A stretch of DNA of 64,000 nt from an uncultured Candidatus Rokubacteria bacterium. Its GTDB lineage: Bacteria; Methylomirabilota; Methylomirabilia; Rokubacteriales; CSP1-6. The stretch covers positions 320,001-384,000 of the forward strand of contig CAVXJS010000009.1 of assembly GCA_963762145.1 (NCBI GenBank), given 5' to 3'. The notes beneath the pieces were generated by a model. It searched no databases. It saw nothing but the letters and a program-made list of their open reading frames with translations, and had not been told where the DNA came from. Positions 9,150 through 19,261 of the stretch are shown piece after piece. How positions within the stretch are numbered: the stretch's first letter is position 1; each line of letters starts with the position of its first letter. Both the position numbers and the translations under genes were made by a program.

Positions 9150-10426
9150 TCACCAGAGATTGCGGCCGTAGCGATCCTGCTGGATCGGATCGAACGTGCG
9201 GCCGCCGTCGCCCCGGCAGCCGCCGCCGCCCCACGACCCACCCGCCGCCCCGCACGCGCCCTTGCCGAAGCCGTCCTCGATCGGCTGGAGCGTGCGCTCG
9301 AACTTGTTGCGCTCCTCCGAGAGCCACATGTTGCGCTGGTGCAAGGACCCGAAGGCGCGGCCCGTCGGCTCCGCGCAGATGAAGAGGAACCGCTCGCGCT
9401 CCCACTCGTTGCGGTAGCCAACGCAGTTCTCCTCCTTCACCCGGAGCCATCGCGCGAAGAACTTCGACTGCCCGTCGCCCTGATCCTCCGCGCGCTCGAA
9501 CAGGCGGACGGCCTGCCGGCGGTCGTACACGACGCCGATGGCAAACTGGTGGTGGCGGGCCAGACAGTACAGCCCCAGCCGGTCGAACTGCCGCGCGCTC
9601 TTGAGGCAACAGGCATGGGAGTCCGTCCAGCTCTCGGCCACTCCCTCCCCCGCCTCGTAGGCCAGGCCGAGCTGGGCCTGGGCGCGGCCGTAGCCGCGGT
9701 CGGCCGCCTGCCGGTAGAGGCGCACCGCCGCCGCGGGATCGCGCGCGGTCCCCTGCCCGGTGCGCAGCAGCGTGCCGAGCGTCTCCTGCGCCACCGCATT
9801 ACCCGCCTCGGCGGCGGCGCGGTAGAGCGACACGGCACGGGGGAGATCGCCGGCTCGATAGGCCTGGTAGGCGGCACCGGCCTGCTCGGCCGCCGGCTTC
9901 TTGAGCTCCTGCTCGCGCGCGTCGCGGAGCGCGATCGCGGCGTCCACGCTCCCCGCCCGGAGCGCCTTCTCGAGCACTGGCGCGACTCGGACTCGCTCTT
10001 CGGCACGCCCTGCCCGCGGGCGTGAAGGCGGCCCAGGTTGAACGTCGCGTCGCCATAGCCCTGCGCGATCGCGGCGCGCAGCAGGCGAACCGCCTCCGCA
10101 TCGCTCTGCGCCACCCCGAGGCCCCGTCCGTACTGGTAGGCCAGCATGGTCTGGGCGCCCGGGTGTCCCTGGCGCGCCGCGTGTCCCCACCACCGCGCCG
10201 ACTGCGCGGGATCCTTCGGGACGGGCCCGGTGCCGCTCCAGTAGGCGAAGCCCAGACAGAACTGGTCGGCCGCAGTCACCGCGGTGGCCGCGCCCGCCTT
10301 CTTCAGGCGCGGGTAGTACTAGTACTCGTCCATGCAGGCTCGGAACTCGTCATGCACGTCCGCCCGGGCGGGGACCGGCGCGAGCAGGATCAGCAGGAGC
10401 GGGGTGACGCGCGGGAACCGGAACAC
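9150..10426 (-). CDS. secreted Sel1-repeat protein (in-frame TAG at 10319-10321, frameshift near 9980)
   Basis: Signal peptide VFRFPRVTPLLLILLAPVPARA. Sel1 repeats (AQTMLAYQYGRGLGV, AQETLGTLLRTGQGT, AQAQLGLAYEAGEGV). Cys/Gly-rich C-terminus. Confidence 0.8.
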
Positions 10427-10485
10427 GCGCGCCAGGATACCCCATCACGCGGCCCGCTTCCGCGCCCTGCTTCGCGCCGTCCCGG

Positions 10486-10815
10486 TCAACTCGCCCGCAC
10501 TTGCAGGTTGTTCACGACCTGGCGGACGCCCTTGACCCCGCGCGCGACCTCCGAGGCCCGGGCCCGCATCTCCGCCGACGTCACGGTCCCGTTGAGCGCC
10601 ACGATGCCCTGGTTGGTATCCACGTCGATCCGGGTCACGGTGGAGATCTTCTCGCCGGCCAGCTTCGCCTTGACCTGCGACGTGATGCCCGCGTCGTCGA
10701 TGTTCTCGCCGAGGGTCTTGCCGGTCATGCTGGTGCACGCCGCCAGCACCATCATGATCGCTACCGCGACTCCCACCATCCCGTTCACGCTGCGCACCCG
10801 CGCCATCCACCTCAT
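10486..10815 (-). CDS. BON-domain (OsmY-like) lipoprotein
   Basis: Lipobox VLAAC. DDAGITSQVKAKL...IDVDTNQGIVALNGTV...GVKGVRQVVNNLQV is a classic BON domain. Confidence 0.9.
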   Translation of the reverse strand: MRWMARVRSVNGMVGVAVAIMMVLAACTSMTGKTLGENIDDAGITSQVKAKLAGEKISTVTRIDVDTNQGIVALNGTVTSAEMRARASEVARGVKGVRQVVNNLQVRAS

Positions 10816-10862
10816 CGTCACGTCTCCCCCCACCCTATCTACCTGCTGGTGAGCGGCAAGAT

Positions 10863-10878
10863 AGCAAGGAGCATGCCC
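10863..10878 (-). promoter_or_regulatory. sigma-54 (-24/-12) promoter for the BON gene
   Basis: Minus strand GGGCATGCTCCTTGCT = GG-N10-GC. Confidence 0.72.
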
Positions 10879-10996
10879 TGAGGCGCGGGTGCGGGCGGGG
10901 CGCCGCCGCGGCCGATGCGACGCGAGTTTGCGCGACGCGCGGCCGCGCTCTACCGGGAAGCGTGACGAGGTTACCGAGTCGATCCTGACCGCGAGC

Positions 10997-11572
10997 TCAG
11001 CGGGACCAGGGCAGCGGAGTCGTCTCGTTCCAGGCGTCGGGCCGGATGCCGAACGCCTCGATCAGGCGCTGCCAGCCGGACGCGACGGTCAGCGCGGCGC
11101 CCAGCTCGAGGATCTGCCCGTCGTCGAAGTGCTGCCGCAGCGTGGCGAAGAGCGCGTCGTCGACCCGCGGGCGCTCCCCGCTCAGGCAGTCGGCAAGCCG
11201 CAGCGCCGCCACCGTCGCGGTGGGGAGATCAGCGTGGTCGAGATCGCCGAGCGCCTGCTGTACCTCGCTCTCGGTCAAGCCCTTGCGCACCAACGATGCG
11301 CTGCGCGCGAGGCTTCAGTGCACGCACTGGTTGCCCTGGGCGAGGCGAATGCGGCAGAGCTCCACCACCGCGGGATCGAGGCTCGCGCCGCCCGCGTAGA
11401 TGAAGGTGACCCAGGAGAGGAACAGGTCGAGCACCGCGGGCCGGCGGGCGAGGGTGAGAAAGAGGTTGTCGTCCTGATACGCCTTGGCGCGCCAGACGTC
11501 GAGGCGGCGGCGCAGCTCCGGATCGAGCCCCTCCGGATCGGCCTTGGGCAGGCGGCCGTGCTCGTTGGCCAT
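10997..11572 (-). CDS. AhpD/carboxymuconolactone decarboxylase-like protein, probable selenoprotein (CxxU, TGA at 11315-11317)
   Basis: SD GGAGG before ATG 11572. Two ORF-track pieces are in the same frame, joined by ...ELCRIRLAQGNQCVH-TGA-SLARSASLVRKG...; C-terminal half ATLRQHFDDGQILEL is AhpD-like. 191 codons, TGA at codon 86. Confidence 0.85.
11277..11315 (-). promoter_or_regulatory. putative bacterial SECIS element
   Basis: Immediately 3' of the in-frame UGA: upper stem GCGCAUC-(GUU)-GGUGCGC with G first in the loop, 20 nt from the UGA; lower stem AAGCC/GGCUU. Confidence 0.65.
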
Positions 11573-11654
11573 GTGGACACCTCCGCGGGAAATGTCGGCG
11601 GGCCAGTCTAGCATGCGCTGGCACGCATGCCGGAGCGGCAGTAGGCTGCATGGT

Positions 11655-12242
11655 ATGTCGGCTCTGGCGACGGCCGCGCTCCTGGCGACGCTGCTCCTGC
11701 TGGTCCCGGCCCAGGGCCACGCCGACGACCGGCCTCCTCCCTCGGGGGACCGATTCAAGCTGGTGGAGCACGTCCGGGTCGTCGGCTCGTGCGTCGAGGA
11801 CCACGGCGGCGAGGCCGCGCAGTACACCGGGTTCATCGATCGGTGGCGCGACGTGAGGAAGAACCGAGATCTGCTGCACGGCTCGGTGACCAACTTCGAT
11901 CGTCTCGGGCCGACCCGGCCGAAGACGCTCCCACCCGCCGTCATCGAGTTCGGTGAGGTCGCGGGGAATCAACTGGCGGACACCCGGGTGGTGCTGAAGG
12001 GGTTCACGAGCGGAGACCGGCCGAGCGCCGCGACGTGCACCCTCGACGTCCGGAAGCGGGAGCGGCCCGGCGGCGCGAGCGCGATCCGGGTGACCACACG
12101 GCACGCGCTGAGCGGGCTGGCGCTCGTCATCGGGGTGGTCGCGGGAATCCGGCTGAGCCGCCACCAGGTGCGCCACACCGCCGCGCCGCTGCTCCTCGCG
12201 CTGGCCTTCCTGCTCCAGCTCGTCTCCCTGCTGCTGCCGTAG
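11655..12242 (+). CDS. hypothetical exported membrane-anchored protein
   Basis: Signal peptide (MSALATAALLATLLLLVPAQGHA), soluble domain with two Cys, two C-terminal hydrophobic helices. TAGGCT 7 nt before ATG. Confidence 0.65.
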   Translation: MSALATAALLATLLLLVPAQGHADDRPPPSGDRFKLVEHVRVVGSCVEDHGGEAAQYTGFIDRWRDVRKNRDLLHGSVTNFDRLGPTRPKTLPPAVIEFGEVAGNQLADTRVVLKGFTSGDRPSAATCTLDVRKRERPGGASAIRVTTRHALSGLALVIGVVAGIRLSRHQVRHTAAPLLLALAFLLQLVSLLLP

Positions 12243-12254
12243 CCGGACGGGCCC

Positions 12255-13313
12255 TCAGGCCTTGCGGAACCGGTGCACGCCCGCGCGGTCCACGAGGCGG
12301 GCGACCTGACCCCGCGCCTCCAGGAAGTGCAGGTGCGCGACGGTCTCGCCGATGGCGAAGCCGAGCTGGTGCGTGTCGAGCTGCCGGCGGAAGAGCACCG
12401 GCACCAGCTCGTGAGCGGTCCGCGGCTCCGCGACGGCGTCGATCGCCTCGCTGAGGCGCTCGTCGTGGTGGTGCTGCAGGTAGTCCAGGCGCTTGTGCAG
12501 GCCGACGAACGGCAGCCCGTGCGACGGCAGCACCAGCGTCTCCTCGGGCAGCGGCCGGAAGCGCCCGAGCGAATCGAGATAGAGCTTCAGCGGGTTGCCG
12601 TTGGGCTGGTCCGGCCACACGCTCACGTTGGTGGTGATCTTGGGCAGCACCTGATCGCCCGAGATCAGCACGTTCGCCTCGGGGGAGAAGAGGCAGGCGT
12701 GCTCGGGCGCGTGCCCCATCACCGTGAAGGCGTGCCACCGGCGCCCGCCGATCGTGACCACGTCGCCCTCGCGCACCGCCCGGAAGCTCGGCGCGACCGA
12801 CGGTACCAGCTTCCGGTAGTTGTTGCCGAGCCCGCGAAAGGCCTCGGCCTGCTCGGCGGGGACGCCGTGACGGCGATAGTGGTTGAGCCGCTTCTCCGAG
12901 TCGTTGCCGCCCATCCCCTGCCAGGCCAGGTGGGCCATGAGCCACTCGGCCTGCGGGCACCAGAGCTCGACTCCGAAGCGCTGGGCCAGCCAGTCCGCGT
13001 TGCCGATGTGATCCGGATGGAAATGCGTCACGAGCACGCGCACGAGGGGCCGGCCGGCCAGCTCTCCCGCGAAGAGCTTCTCCCACAGCTCGCGGGTCGG
13101 CGGCAGGCCGATGCCAGTGTCCACCACCGTCACGCCGGCCTCGTCGTCGAGCAGCCACAGGTTGATGTGGTTGAGCTGGAAGGGCAGCGGCATCCGGATC
13201 CAGCGGATGCCCGGCGCCACCAGGATGCTCGTGCCCCCTTCGGGCGGCTCGGGCCAGGGGTGCGTGAGACCAGGGGCGGGCGCGGCCAGCGGATGCTCGG
13301 GCTCGGGTTTCAT
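12255..13313 (-). CDS. MBL-fold metallo-hydrolase (glyoxalase II-like)
   Basis: PLPFQLNHINLWLL, VDTG, THFHPDHIG, GHAPEH, ISGDQVLPKITTN, LPSHG. Confidence 0.9.
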   Translation of the reverse strand: MKPEPEHPLAAPAPGLTHPWPEPPEGGTSILVAPGIRWIRMPLPFQLNHINLWLLDDEAGVTVVDTGIGLPPTRELWEKLFAGELAGRPLVRVLVTHFHPDHIGNADWLAQRFGVELWCPQAEWLMAHLAWQGMGGNDSEKRLNHYRRHGVPAEQAEAFRGLGNNYRKLVPSVAPSFRAVREGDVVTIGGRRWHAFTVMGHAPEHACLFSPEANVLISGDQVLPKITTNVSVWPDQPNGNPLKLYLDSLGRFRPLPEETLVLPSHGLPFVGLHKRLDYLQHHHDERLSEAIDAVAEPRTAHELVPVLFRRQLDTHQLGFAIGETVAHLHFLEARGQVARLVDRAGVHRFRKA

Positions 13314-13403
13314 GGCCCCTACTGTACTCCGGTCGGCCGGGCCGTGGCGGTTGTCGCGATCAACTACCGGCCCTGAAGGTATTACCGGGCGGAAAACCTG
13401 ACC

Positions 13404-13496
13404 GGGAAGATTGTTCCTGAATAATCTTCCCTGACATCGTCTGGCGCCTCGCAACTAGTTAATTTACAGACTCTCTGTTCTGGCATGCGCTGTGCC
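13404..13496 (+). promoter_or_regulatory. sigma-54 promoter with IHF-like site and palindromic enhancer
   Basis: Inverted repeat GGGAAGATTGTTC-CT-GAATAATCTTCCC (13404-13431). IHF-like AATTAACTAGTTG on minus strand (13452-13464, one mismatch to WATCAANNNNTTR). TGGCATGCGCTGTGCC -24/-12 at 13481-13496. Confidence 0.75.
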
Positions 13497-13553
13497 TCCC
13501 GTAGCGACCTTCCCATCCGCCAGACGCCTGCTCGTGATCAATGGAGGATCAGC

Positions 13554-16500
13554 ATGGCAACAGTCCTGACCACGCCCGCCGTGGAGGAGATCGACCTCAC
13601 GGCGCTGCTCACCGCCTTGCGTGCCCTGCACAAGGGGGACTTCTCGGCCCGGCTACCCGTCAAGTGGCTGGGCCTGGCCGGCAAGGTCGCCGACACGTTC
13701 AACGACATCGTGGAGATGAACGAGCGGCTCGCTTCGGAGCTGGAGCGGCTGAACCGAGTGGTCGGCAAGCAGGGCAAGATCACGCAACGGGGCACGACCT
13801 CCGGAATGACCGGCGGATGGGTCGAGTGCGTCGCCGCGGTCAACTCGCTGATCGACGACCTGGTCTCTCCGACCCAGGAGATGGCGCGAGTGATCGGCGC
13901 GGTGGCCAAGGGCGACCTGTCGCAGTCGATGGCCCTCGAGACCGACGGCGGGCGGGTGGAAGGCGAGTTCCGGCGTACCGCGATGGTCGTCAACAGCATG
14001 GTCGACCAGCTCAGCTCGTTCGCCTCCGAGGTCACCCGGGTGGTCCGCGAGGTGGGCACCGAGGGCAAGCTCGGCGGCCAGGCCAAGGTCAAGCGGGTCG
14101 CGGGCACCTGGAAGGACCTCACCGATAGCGTCAACTCGATGGCGGGCAACCTCACCGGCCAGGTCCGCAACATCGCCGACGTCACCACCGCGGTGGCCAA
14201 CGGCGACCTGTCCAAGAAGATCACGGTGGACGTGAAGGGCGAGTTCTTCGAGCTGAAGAACACCATCAACACCATGGTCGATCAGCTGCGCTCCTTCGGC
14301 TCCGAGGTCACCCGGGTGGCCCGGGAGGTCGGCACCGAGGGCCGCCTCGGCGGCCAGGCGAAGGTCGAGGGCGTGTCCGGCACCTGGAAGGACCTCACCG
14401 ACAGCGTCAACTTCATGGCGAGCAACCTCACCAGCCAGGTCCGCAACATCGCCGAGGTCACCAAGGCGGTCGCGGCCGGCGACCTGTCCAAGAAGATCAC
14501 CGTCGAGGTCAAGGGCGAGATCCTCGAGCTCAAGAACATCGTCAACACCATGGTCGATCAGCTCAGCTCCTTCGCCGCCGAGGTCACCCGCGTCGCCCGC
14601 GAGGTCGGCACCGAGGGCAAGCTCGGCGGCCAGGCCGACGTCCGCGACGTGGCCGGCACCTGGAAGGACCTCACCGACAGCGTCAACTTCATGGCGAGCA
14701 ACCTCACCAGCCAGGTCCGCAACATCGCCGACGTCACCAAGGCGGTCGCGGCCGGCGACCTGTCCAAGAAGATCACCGTCGACGTCAAGGGCGAGATCCT
14801 GGAGCTGAAGAACACCATCAACACGATGGTCGATCAGCTGCGCTCCTTCGCCGCCGAGGTCACCCGCGTCGCCCGCGAGGTCGGCACCGACGGCAAGCTC
14901 GGCGGCCAGGCCGACGTCCGCGACGTGGCCGGCACCTGGAAGGACCTCACCGACAGCGTCAACTTCATGGCGAGCAACCTCACCAGCCAGGTCCGCAACA
15001 TCGCCGAGGTCACCACCGCGGTCGCGCGGGGCGACCTGTCCAAGCAGATCACCGTCGACGTCAAGGGCGAGATCCTGGAAGTGAAGAACACGGTCAACAC
15101 GATGGTCGACCAGCTGCGCTCCTTCGCCGCCGAGGTCACCCGCGTCGCCCGCGAGGTCGGCACCGACGGCAAGCTCGGCGGGCAGGCCGACGTCAAGGGC
15201 GTGGCCGGCACCTGGAAGGACCTCACCGACAGCGTCAACTTCATGGCGAGCAACCTCACCAACCAGGTCCGCAACATCGCCGAGGTCACCACCGCGGTCG
15301 CGCGGGGCGACCTGTCCAAGCAGATCACCGTCGACGTCAAGGGCGAGATCCTGGAGCTCAAGAACACCGTCAACACCATGGTGGATCAGCTCAGCTCCTT
15401 CGCCTCCGAGGTCACCCGCGTCGCCCGCGAGGTCGGCACCGAGGGGCGGCTCGGCGGGCAGGCCGACGTCAAGGGCGTGGCGGGCACCTGGAAGGACCTC
15501 ACCGACAGCGTCAACTCGATGGCGGGCAACCTCACCGGCCAGGTCCGCAACATCGCCGACGTCACCACCGCGGTGGCCAACGGCGACCTGTCGCGCAAGA
15601 TCACGGTGGACGTCCGCGGCGAGATCCTCGAGCTCAAGAACACCATCAACACCATGGTCGATCAGCTGCGCTCCTTCGCCGCCGAGGTCACCCGCGTCGC
15701 CCGCGAGGTCGGCACCGAGGGTCGCCTCGGCGGCCAGGCCCAGGTGCGCGGGGTCGCCGGCACCTGGAAGGACCTCACCGACAGCGTCAACTTCATGGCG
15801 AGCAACCTCACCAGCCAGGTCCGCAACATCGCCGACGTCACCAAGGCGGTCGCGGCCGGCGACCTGTCCAAGAAGATCACCGTCGAGGTCAAGGGCGAGA
15901 TTTTGGAATTGAAGAATACGGTTAATACCATGGTGGATCAGCTCAGCTCCTTTGCCGCCGAGGTCACCCGCGTCGCCCGCGAGGTCGGCACCGAGGGCAA
16001 GCTCGGCGGCCAGGCCCAGGTCCAGGGCGTCTCCGGGACCTGGCGCGGCCTCACCGAGAACGTGAACTTCATGGCCGCGAATCTCACCAGCCAGGTCCGG
16101 GGCATCGCCAAGGTCGTCACCGCGGTCGCCAACGGAGATCTCCGGCTCAAGCTGACCGTGGAGGCGAAGGGGGAGATCGCCGAGCTCGCGGACACCATCA
16201 ACAGCATGATCGAGACCCTCGCGACCTTCGCGGACCAGGTCACCACCGTGGCGCGGGAGGTCGGCGTCGACGGCAAGCTGGGCGGCCAGGCCCGGGTGCC
16301 CGGCGCGGCCGGCACCTGGAAGGACCTGACCGACAACGTCAACCAGCTCGCGGCAAACCTCACCACCCAGGTGCGGGCGATCGCGGAGGTCGCGACCGCG
16401 GTCACCAAGGGCGATCTGACCCAGTCGATCACCGTCGAGACCCAGGGGGAAGTCGCGGTCCTGAAGGACAACATCAACACGATGATCCGCAACCTCAAGG

Positions 16501-19253
16501 ACACCACGCTCAAGAACAGCGGGCAGGACTGGCTCAAGACGAACCTGGCCAAGTTCAGCCGCATGCTTCAGGGCCAGAAAGACCTGCTCACCGTCGCCCG
16601 GCTCATCCTGTCCGAGCTGGCGCCGGTCGTGAAGGCCCAGCACGGCGTGTTCTACATTCTCAAGGCCGCCGAGGGGCCGGGCCGGCTCGCCCTCCTCGCG
16701 AGCTACGCGCACGAGCGGCCGGGCACGGTCGCCGACGAGTTCGGGCTGGGCGAAGGTCTCATCGGCCAGTGCGCGGTCGAGCGCGAGAAGATCATGCTGA
16801 CCGTGCCCCCCGACTACATCCGCATCTCGTCCGGGCTCGGTCACTCCGCTCCGGTGAACATCATCGTGCTCCCCATCCTGTTCGAAGGGCAGGTCAAGGC
16901 CGTCCTCGAGCTCGCGTCCTTCGAGCAATTCAACGCGAGCGACCACGCGCTCCTCGACCAGCTCACCGAAAGCATCGGGATCGTGATCAATACCATCGAG
17001 GCCAACATGCGGACGGAGGGGCTCCTGGCCCAGTCCCAGTCCCTCGCGGGGGAATTGCAGAGCCGCCAGGAGGAGCTCCAGAACACCAACCAGGAGCTCC
17101 AGGAGAAGGCCCGGCTCCTGGCCCACCAGAACGTCGAGGTCGAGCGCAAGAACCAGGAGGTCGAGCAAGCGCGCAAGGCCCTCGAGGAAAAGGCCGAGCA
17201 GCTCGCGCTCACCTCCAAGTACAAGTCCGAGTTCCTCGCCAACATGTCGCACGAGCTCCGGACTCCATTGAACAGCCTGCTCATCCTCTCCGACCAGCTC
17301 TCGAAGAACTCGGATGGAAACCTCACCGGGAAGCAGACCGAGTTCGCCAAGACCATCCACTCCTCCGGCACCGATCTCCTCATGCTGATCAACGACATCC
17401 TCGATCTCTCCAAGATCGAGTCCGGCACCGTCGCGGTGGACATCCGCGAGCTGCGCCTCGCCGATCTGCACGCCTACGTCGAGCGGACCTTCCGGCACGT
17501 GGCCGAGTCGAAGAATCTCGAGTTCTCGGTCCGCGTGGACCCGGACGTCCCGCCGAGCATGCTGACCGACGCCAAGCGGCTGCAGCAGGTGCTCAAGAAC
17601 CTCCTCGCGAACGCGTTCAAGTTCACGAGACACGGGCAGGTGTCCCTCACGATCTCGAAGGCGGGCCGCGACGCCTACGGCGACAACGAGCTCCTGCGCA
17701 GCGCGAGCGGCGTGCTCTCCTTCGCGGTCTCCGACACCGGGATCGGCATCTCCCCCGACAAGCAGCACATCATCTTCGAAGCGTTCCAGCAGGCGGACGG
17801 CAGCACGAGCCGCAAGTACGGAGGCACCGGACTCGGTCTCGCCATCAGCCGGGAGATCGCTCGCCTGCTCGCGGGCGAGATCCAGCTGGTGAGCGCCCCC
17901 GGGCGCGGCAGCACCTTCACCCTCCTCCTGCCGCACGCGTTCGCCCTGCCGAGCTCGCCTCGTCTGGCGCGCCCGCTGGCTCCGTCGACCTGGCCGGCGG
18001 TCCAGGCCTCGGAGGAACGAGACAGCGCGCCGGCCACGATCCAGAATGAGATCGACGACGACCGTGACATCGTCCAGCCCGGGGACCGCACGCTCCTGAT
18101 CGTCGAGAACGACCTGGGGTTCGCCCGGCTCCTGGTCGACGCGGCCCGGGACGCGGGCTTCAAGACCCTGGTCACCGCATTCGGGGCCACCGCGCTGGCC
18201 CTCACCCGCCAGTACCGGCCCGCCGCGGTCACGCTCGACATCTCCCTGCCCGACATCGACGGCTGGCGCGTCCTCGATCGCCTCAAGAACGACCTCGATA
18301 GCCGTCACATCCCGGTGGAGGTCATCACCACCGGTGACGATCTGTCGCGCGGCCGCCTGCTGGGGGCGGTCTCGGCCCTGCGCAAGCCGGTCCGGACTCG
18401 CGAAGAGCTGCTCGCCGCGCTCGAGCGCCTGCGGGACTTCGTCGAGCGGCCCGAGAAGGATCTCGTCATCATCCATCCGCACGCGCCGGTGCGGGACGCA
18501 CTGGCGATGCTCCTCGCCTCGGCGGACGTCAACGTGCTCGCGCTGCCGAGCCTGTCGGAGGCCGCGGAGCGGCTCCGCGCCGACCGCGTCGACTGCCTCG
18601 TCCTGGCCTCCGGGCCCGACGAGGCGATCCCGGACGTCGACACTCCGTTCGAGACCGTGCGCGACATCCCGGTGATCGCGTACGGGCCGGCGGAGTGGAG
18701 CGAGCGGGTGGAGCGCCGGCTGAGAGCGGGGGGCGGCGATGTCACCGTGGTCCCGGTGGCCTCGCCGGAGCGGCTCCTGGACCAGTGCACCCTCCGGCTG
18801 CACCAGGCGTTCACCCGCCTGTCCGAGCGGCAGCGGCAGGTCCTGCGGGGACTCCACCAGGGCACCACCGCCCTGGCCGGGCGCAAGGTCCTCATCGTCG
18901 ACGACGACATCCGGAACATCTTCGCCCTGACCAGCGTTCTCGAGCGCCAGGACATGGTCGTCGTCTCGGCCGAGACCGGCCGCGACGCCATCTCGATGCT
19001 GGAGAAGTACCAGGACATCGACGTGGTGCTCATGGACGTGATGATGCCGGAGATGGACGGGTTCGAGACGATGCGCGCGATCCGCGAGAACGAGAACCCC
19101 CGGGACCGGAGCCTGCCCATCATCGCGGTGACCGCGAAAGCCATGAAGGGCGACCGGGAGAAGTGCATCGAGGCGGGTGCCTCGGACTACATCGCGAAGC
19201 CGGTCGATCCGGAGGAGCTGGTCGCCCGGCTGCGCGACTGGCTCGTCCGCTAG
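13554..19253 (+). CDS. cytoplasmic poly-HAMP hybrid histidine kinase (HAMP repeats-GAF-HisKA-HATPase-multiple REC; OsaA/Nik1-like architecture)
   Basis: SD GGAGG before ATG 13554. About 10 tandem 92-aa repeats, GAF, coiled coil, [38 protein letters not shown], two clear receivers and one degenerate. No TM helix. Confidence 0.95.
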   Translation: MATVLTTPAVEEIDLTALLTALRALHKGDFSARLPVKWLGLAGKVADTFNDIVEMNERLASELERLNRVVGKQGKITQRGTTSGMTGGWVECVAAVNSLIDDLVSPTQEMARVIGAVAKGDLSQSMALETDGGRVEGEFRRTAMVVNSMVDQLSSFASEVTRVVREVGTEGKLGGQAKVKRVAGTWKDLTDSVNSMAGNLTGQVRNIADVTTAVANGDLSKKITVDVKGEFFELKNTINTMVDQLRSFGSEVTRVAREVGTEGRLGGQAKVEGVSGTWKDLTDSVNFMASNLTSQVRNIAEVTKAVAAGDLSKKITVEVKGEILELKNIVNTMVDQLSSFAAEVTRVAREVGTEGKLGGQADVRDVAGTWKDLTDSVNFMASNLTSQVRNIADVTKAVAAGDLSKKITVDVKGEILELKNTINTMVDQLRSFAAEVTRVAREVGTDGKLGGQADVRDVAGTWKDLTDSVNFMASNLTSQVRNIAEVTTAVARGDLSKQITVDVKGEILEVKNTVNTMVDQLRSFAAEVTRVAREVGTDGKLGGQADVKGVAGTWKDLTDSVNFMASNLTNQVRNIAEVTTAVARGDLSKQITVDVKGEILELKNTVNTMVDQLSSFASEVTRVAREVGTEGRLGGQADVKGVAGTWKDLTDSVNSMAGNLTGQVRNIADVTTAVANGDLSRKITVDVRGEILELKNTINTMVDQLRSFAAEVTRVAREVGTEGRLGGQAQVRGVAGTWKDLTDSVNFMASNLTSQVRNIADVTKAVAAGDLSKKITVEVKGEILELKNTVNTMVDQLSSFAAEVTRVAREVGTEGKLGGQAQVQGVSGTWRGLTENVNFMAANLTSQVRGIAKVVTAVANGDLRLKLTVEAKGEIAELADTINSMIETLATFADQVTTVAREVGVDGKLGGQARVPGAAGTWKDLTDNVNQLAANLTTQVRAIAEVATAVTKGDLTQSITVETQGEVAVLKDNINTMIRNLKDTTLKNSGQDWLKTNLAKFSRMLQGQKDLLTVARLILSELAPVVKAQHGVFYILKAAEGPGRLALLASYAHERPGTVADEFGLGEGLIGQCAVEREKIMLTVPPDYIRISSGLGHSAPVNIIVLPILFEGQVKAVLELASFEQFNASDHALLDQLTESIGIVINTIEANMRTEGLLAQSQSLAGELQSRQEELQNTNQELQEKARLLAHQNVEVERKNQEVEQARKALEEKAEQLALTSKYKSEFLANMSHELRTPLNSLLILSDQLSKNSDGNLTGKQTEFAKTIHSSGTDLLMLINDILDLSKIESGTVAVDIRELRLADLHAYVERTFRHVAESKNLEFSVRVDPDVPPSMLTDAKRLQQVLKNLLANAFKFTRHGQVSLTISKAGRDAYGDNELLRSASGVLSFAVSDTGIGISPDKQHIIFEAFQQADGSTSRKYGGTGLGLAISREIARLLAGEIQLVSAPGRGSTFTLLLPHAFALPSSPRLARPLAPSTWPAVQASEERDSAPATIQNEIDDDRDIVQPGDRTLLIVENDLGFARLLVDAARDAGFKTLVTAFGATALALTRQYRPAAVTLDISLPDIDGWRVLDRLKNDLDSRHIPVEVITTGDDLSRGRLLGAVSALRKPVRTREELLAALERLRDFVERPEKDLVIIHPHAPVRDALAMLLASADVNVLALPSLSEAAERLRADRVDCLVLASGPDEAIPDVDTPFETVRDIPVIAYGPAEWSERVERRLRAGGGDVTVVPVASPERLLDQCTLRLHQAFTRLSERQRQVLRGLHQGTTALAGRKVLIVDDDIRNIFALTSVLERQDMVVVSAETGRDAISMLEKYQDIDVVLMDVMMPEMDGFETMRAIRENENPRDRSLPIIAVTAKAMKGDREKCIEAGASDYIAKPVDPEELVARLRDWLVR
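13812..16490 (+). repeat. 276-bp intragenic tandem repeats encoding the poly-HAMP array
   Basis: GGCACCTGGAAGGACCT recurs at 14103, 14379, 14655, 14931, 15207, 15483, 15759 and 16311, with a divergent copy at 16035. Period 276 nt. Confidence 0.95.
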
Positions 19254-19261
19254 AGGCGCGC

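Noticed and set aside
4400-10000. Many frameshifts (also near 25375, 28000-30570 and 46800-47460) as programmed frameshifting or mass pseudogenisation
   Set aside because: Indels cluster regionally across unrelated genes, often in short G/C runs, while catalytic motifs stay intact and I saw no slippery heptamers. This pattern fits low-coverage long-read error.
14100-16490. Regular repeats as a CRISPR array or mobile repeat
   Set aside because: The period is 276 nt, in frame, with no unique spacers. They encode HAMP domains, and no cas genes are present.
13653-18857. 1734-aa minus-strand ORF and other long antisense or alternate-frame ORFs
   Set aside because: Shadow ORFs of real GC-rich genes. 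Low-complexity translations with no recognisable motifs.
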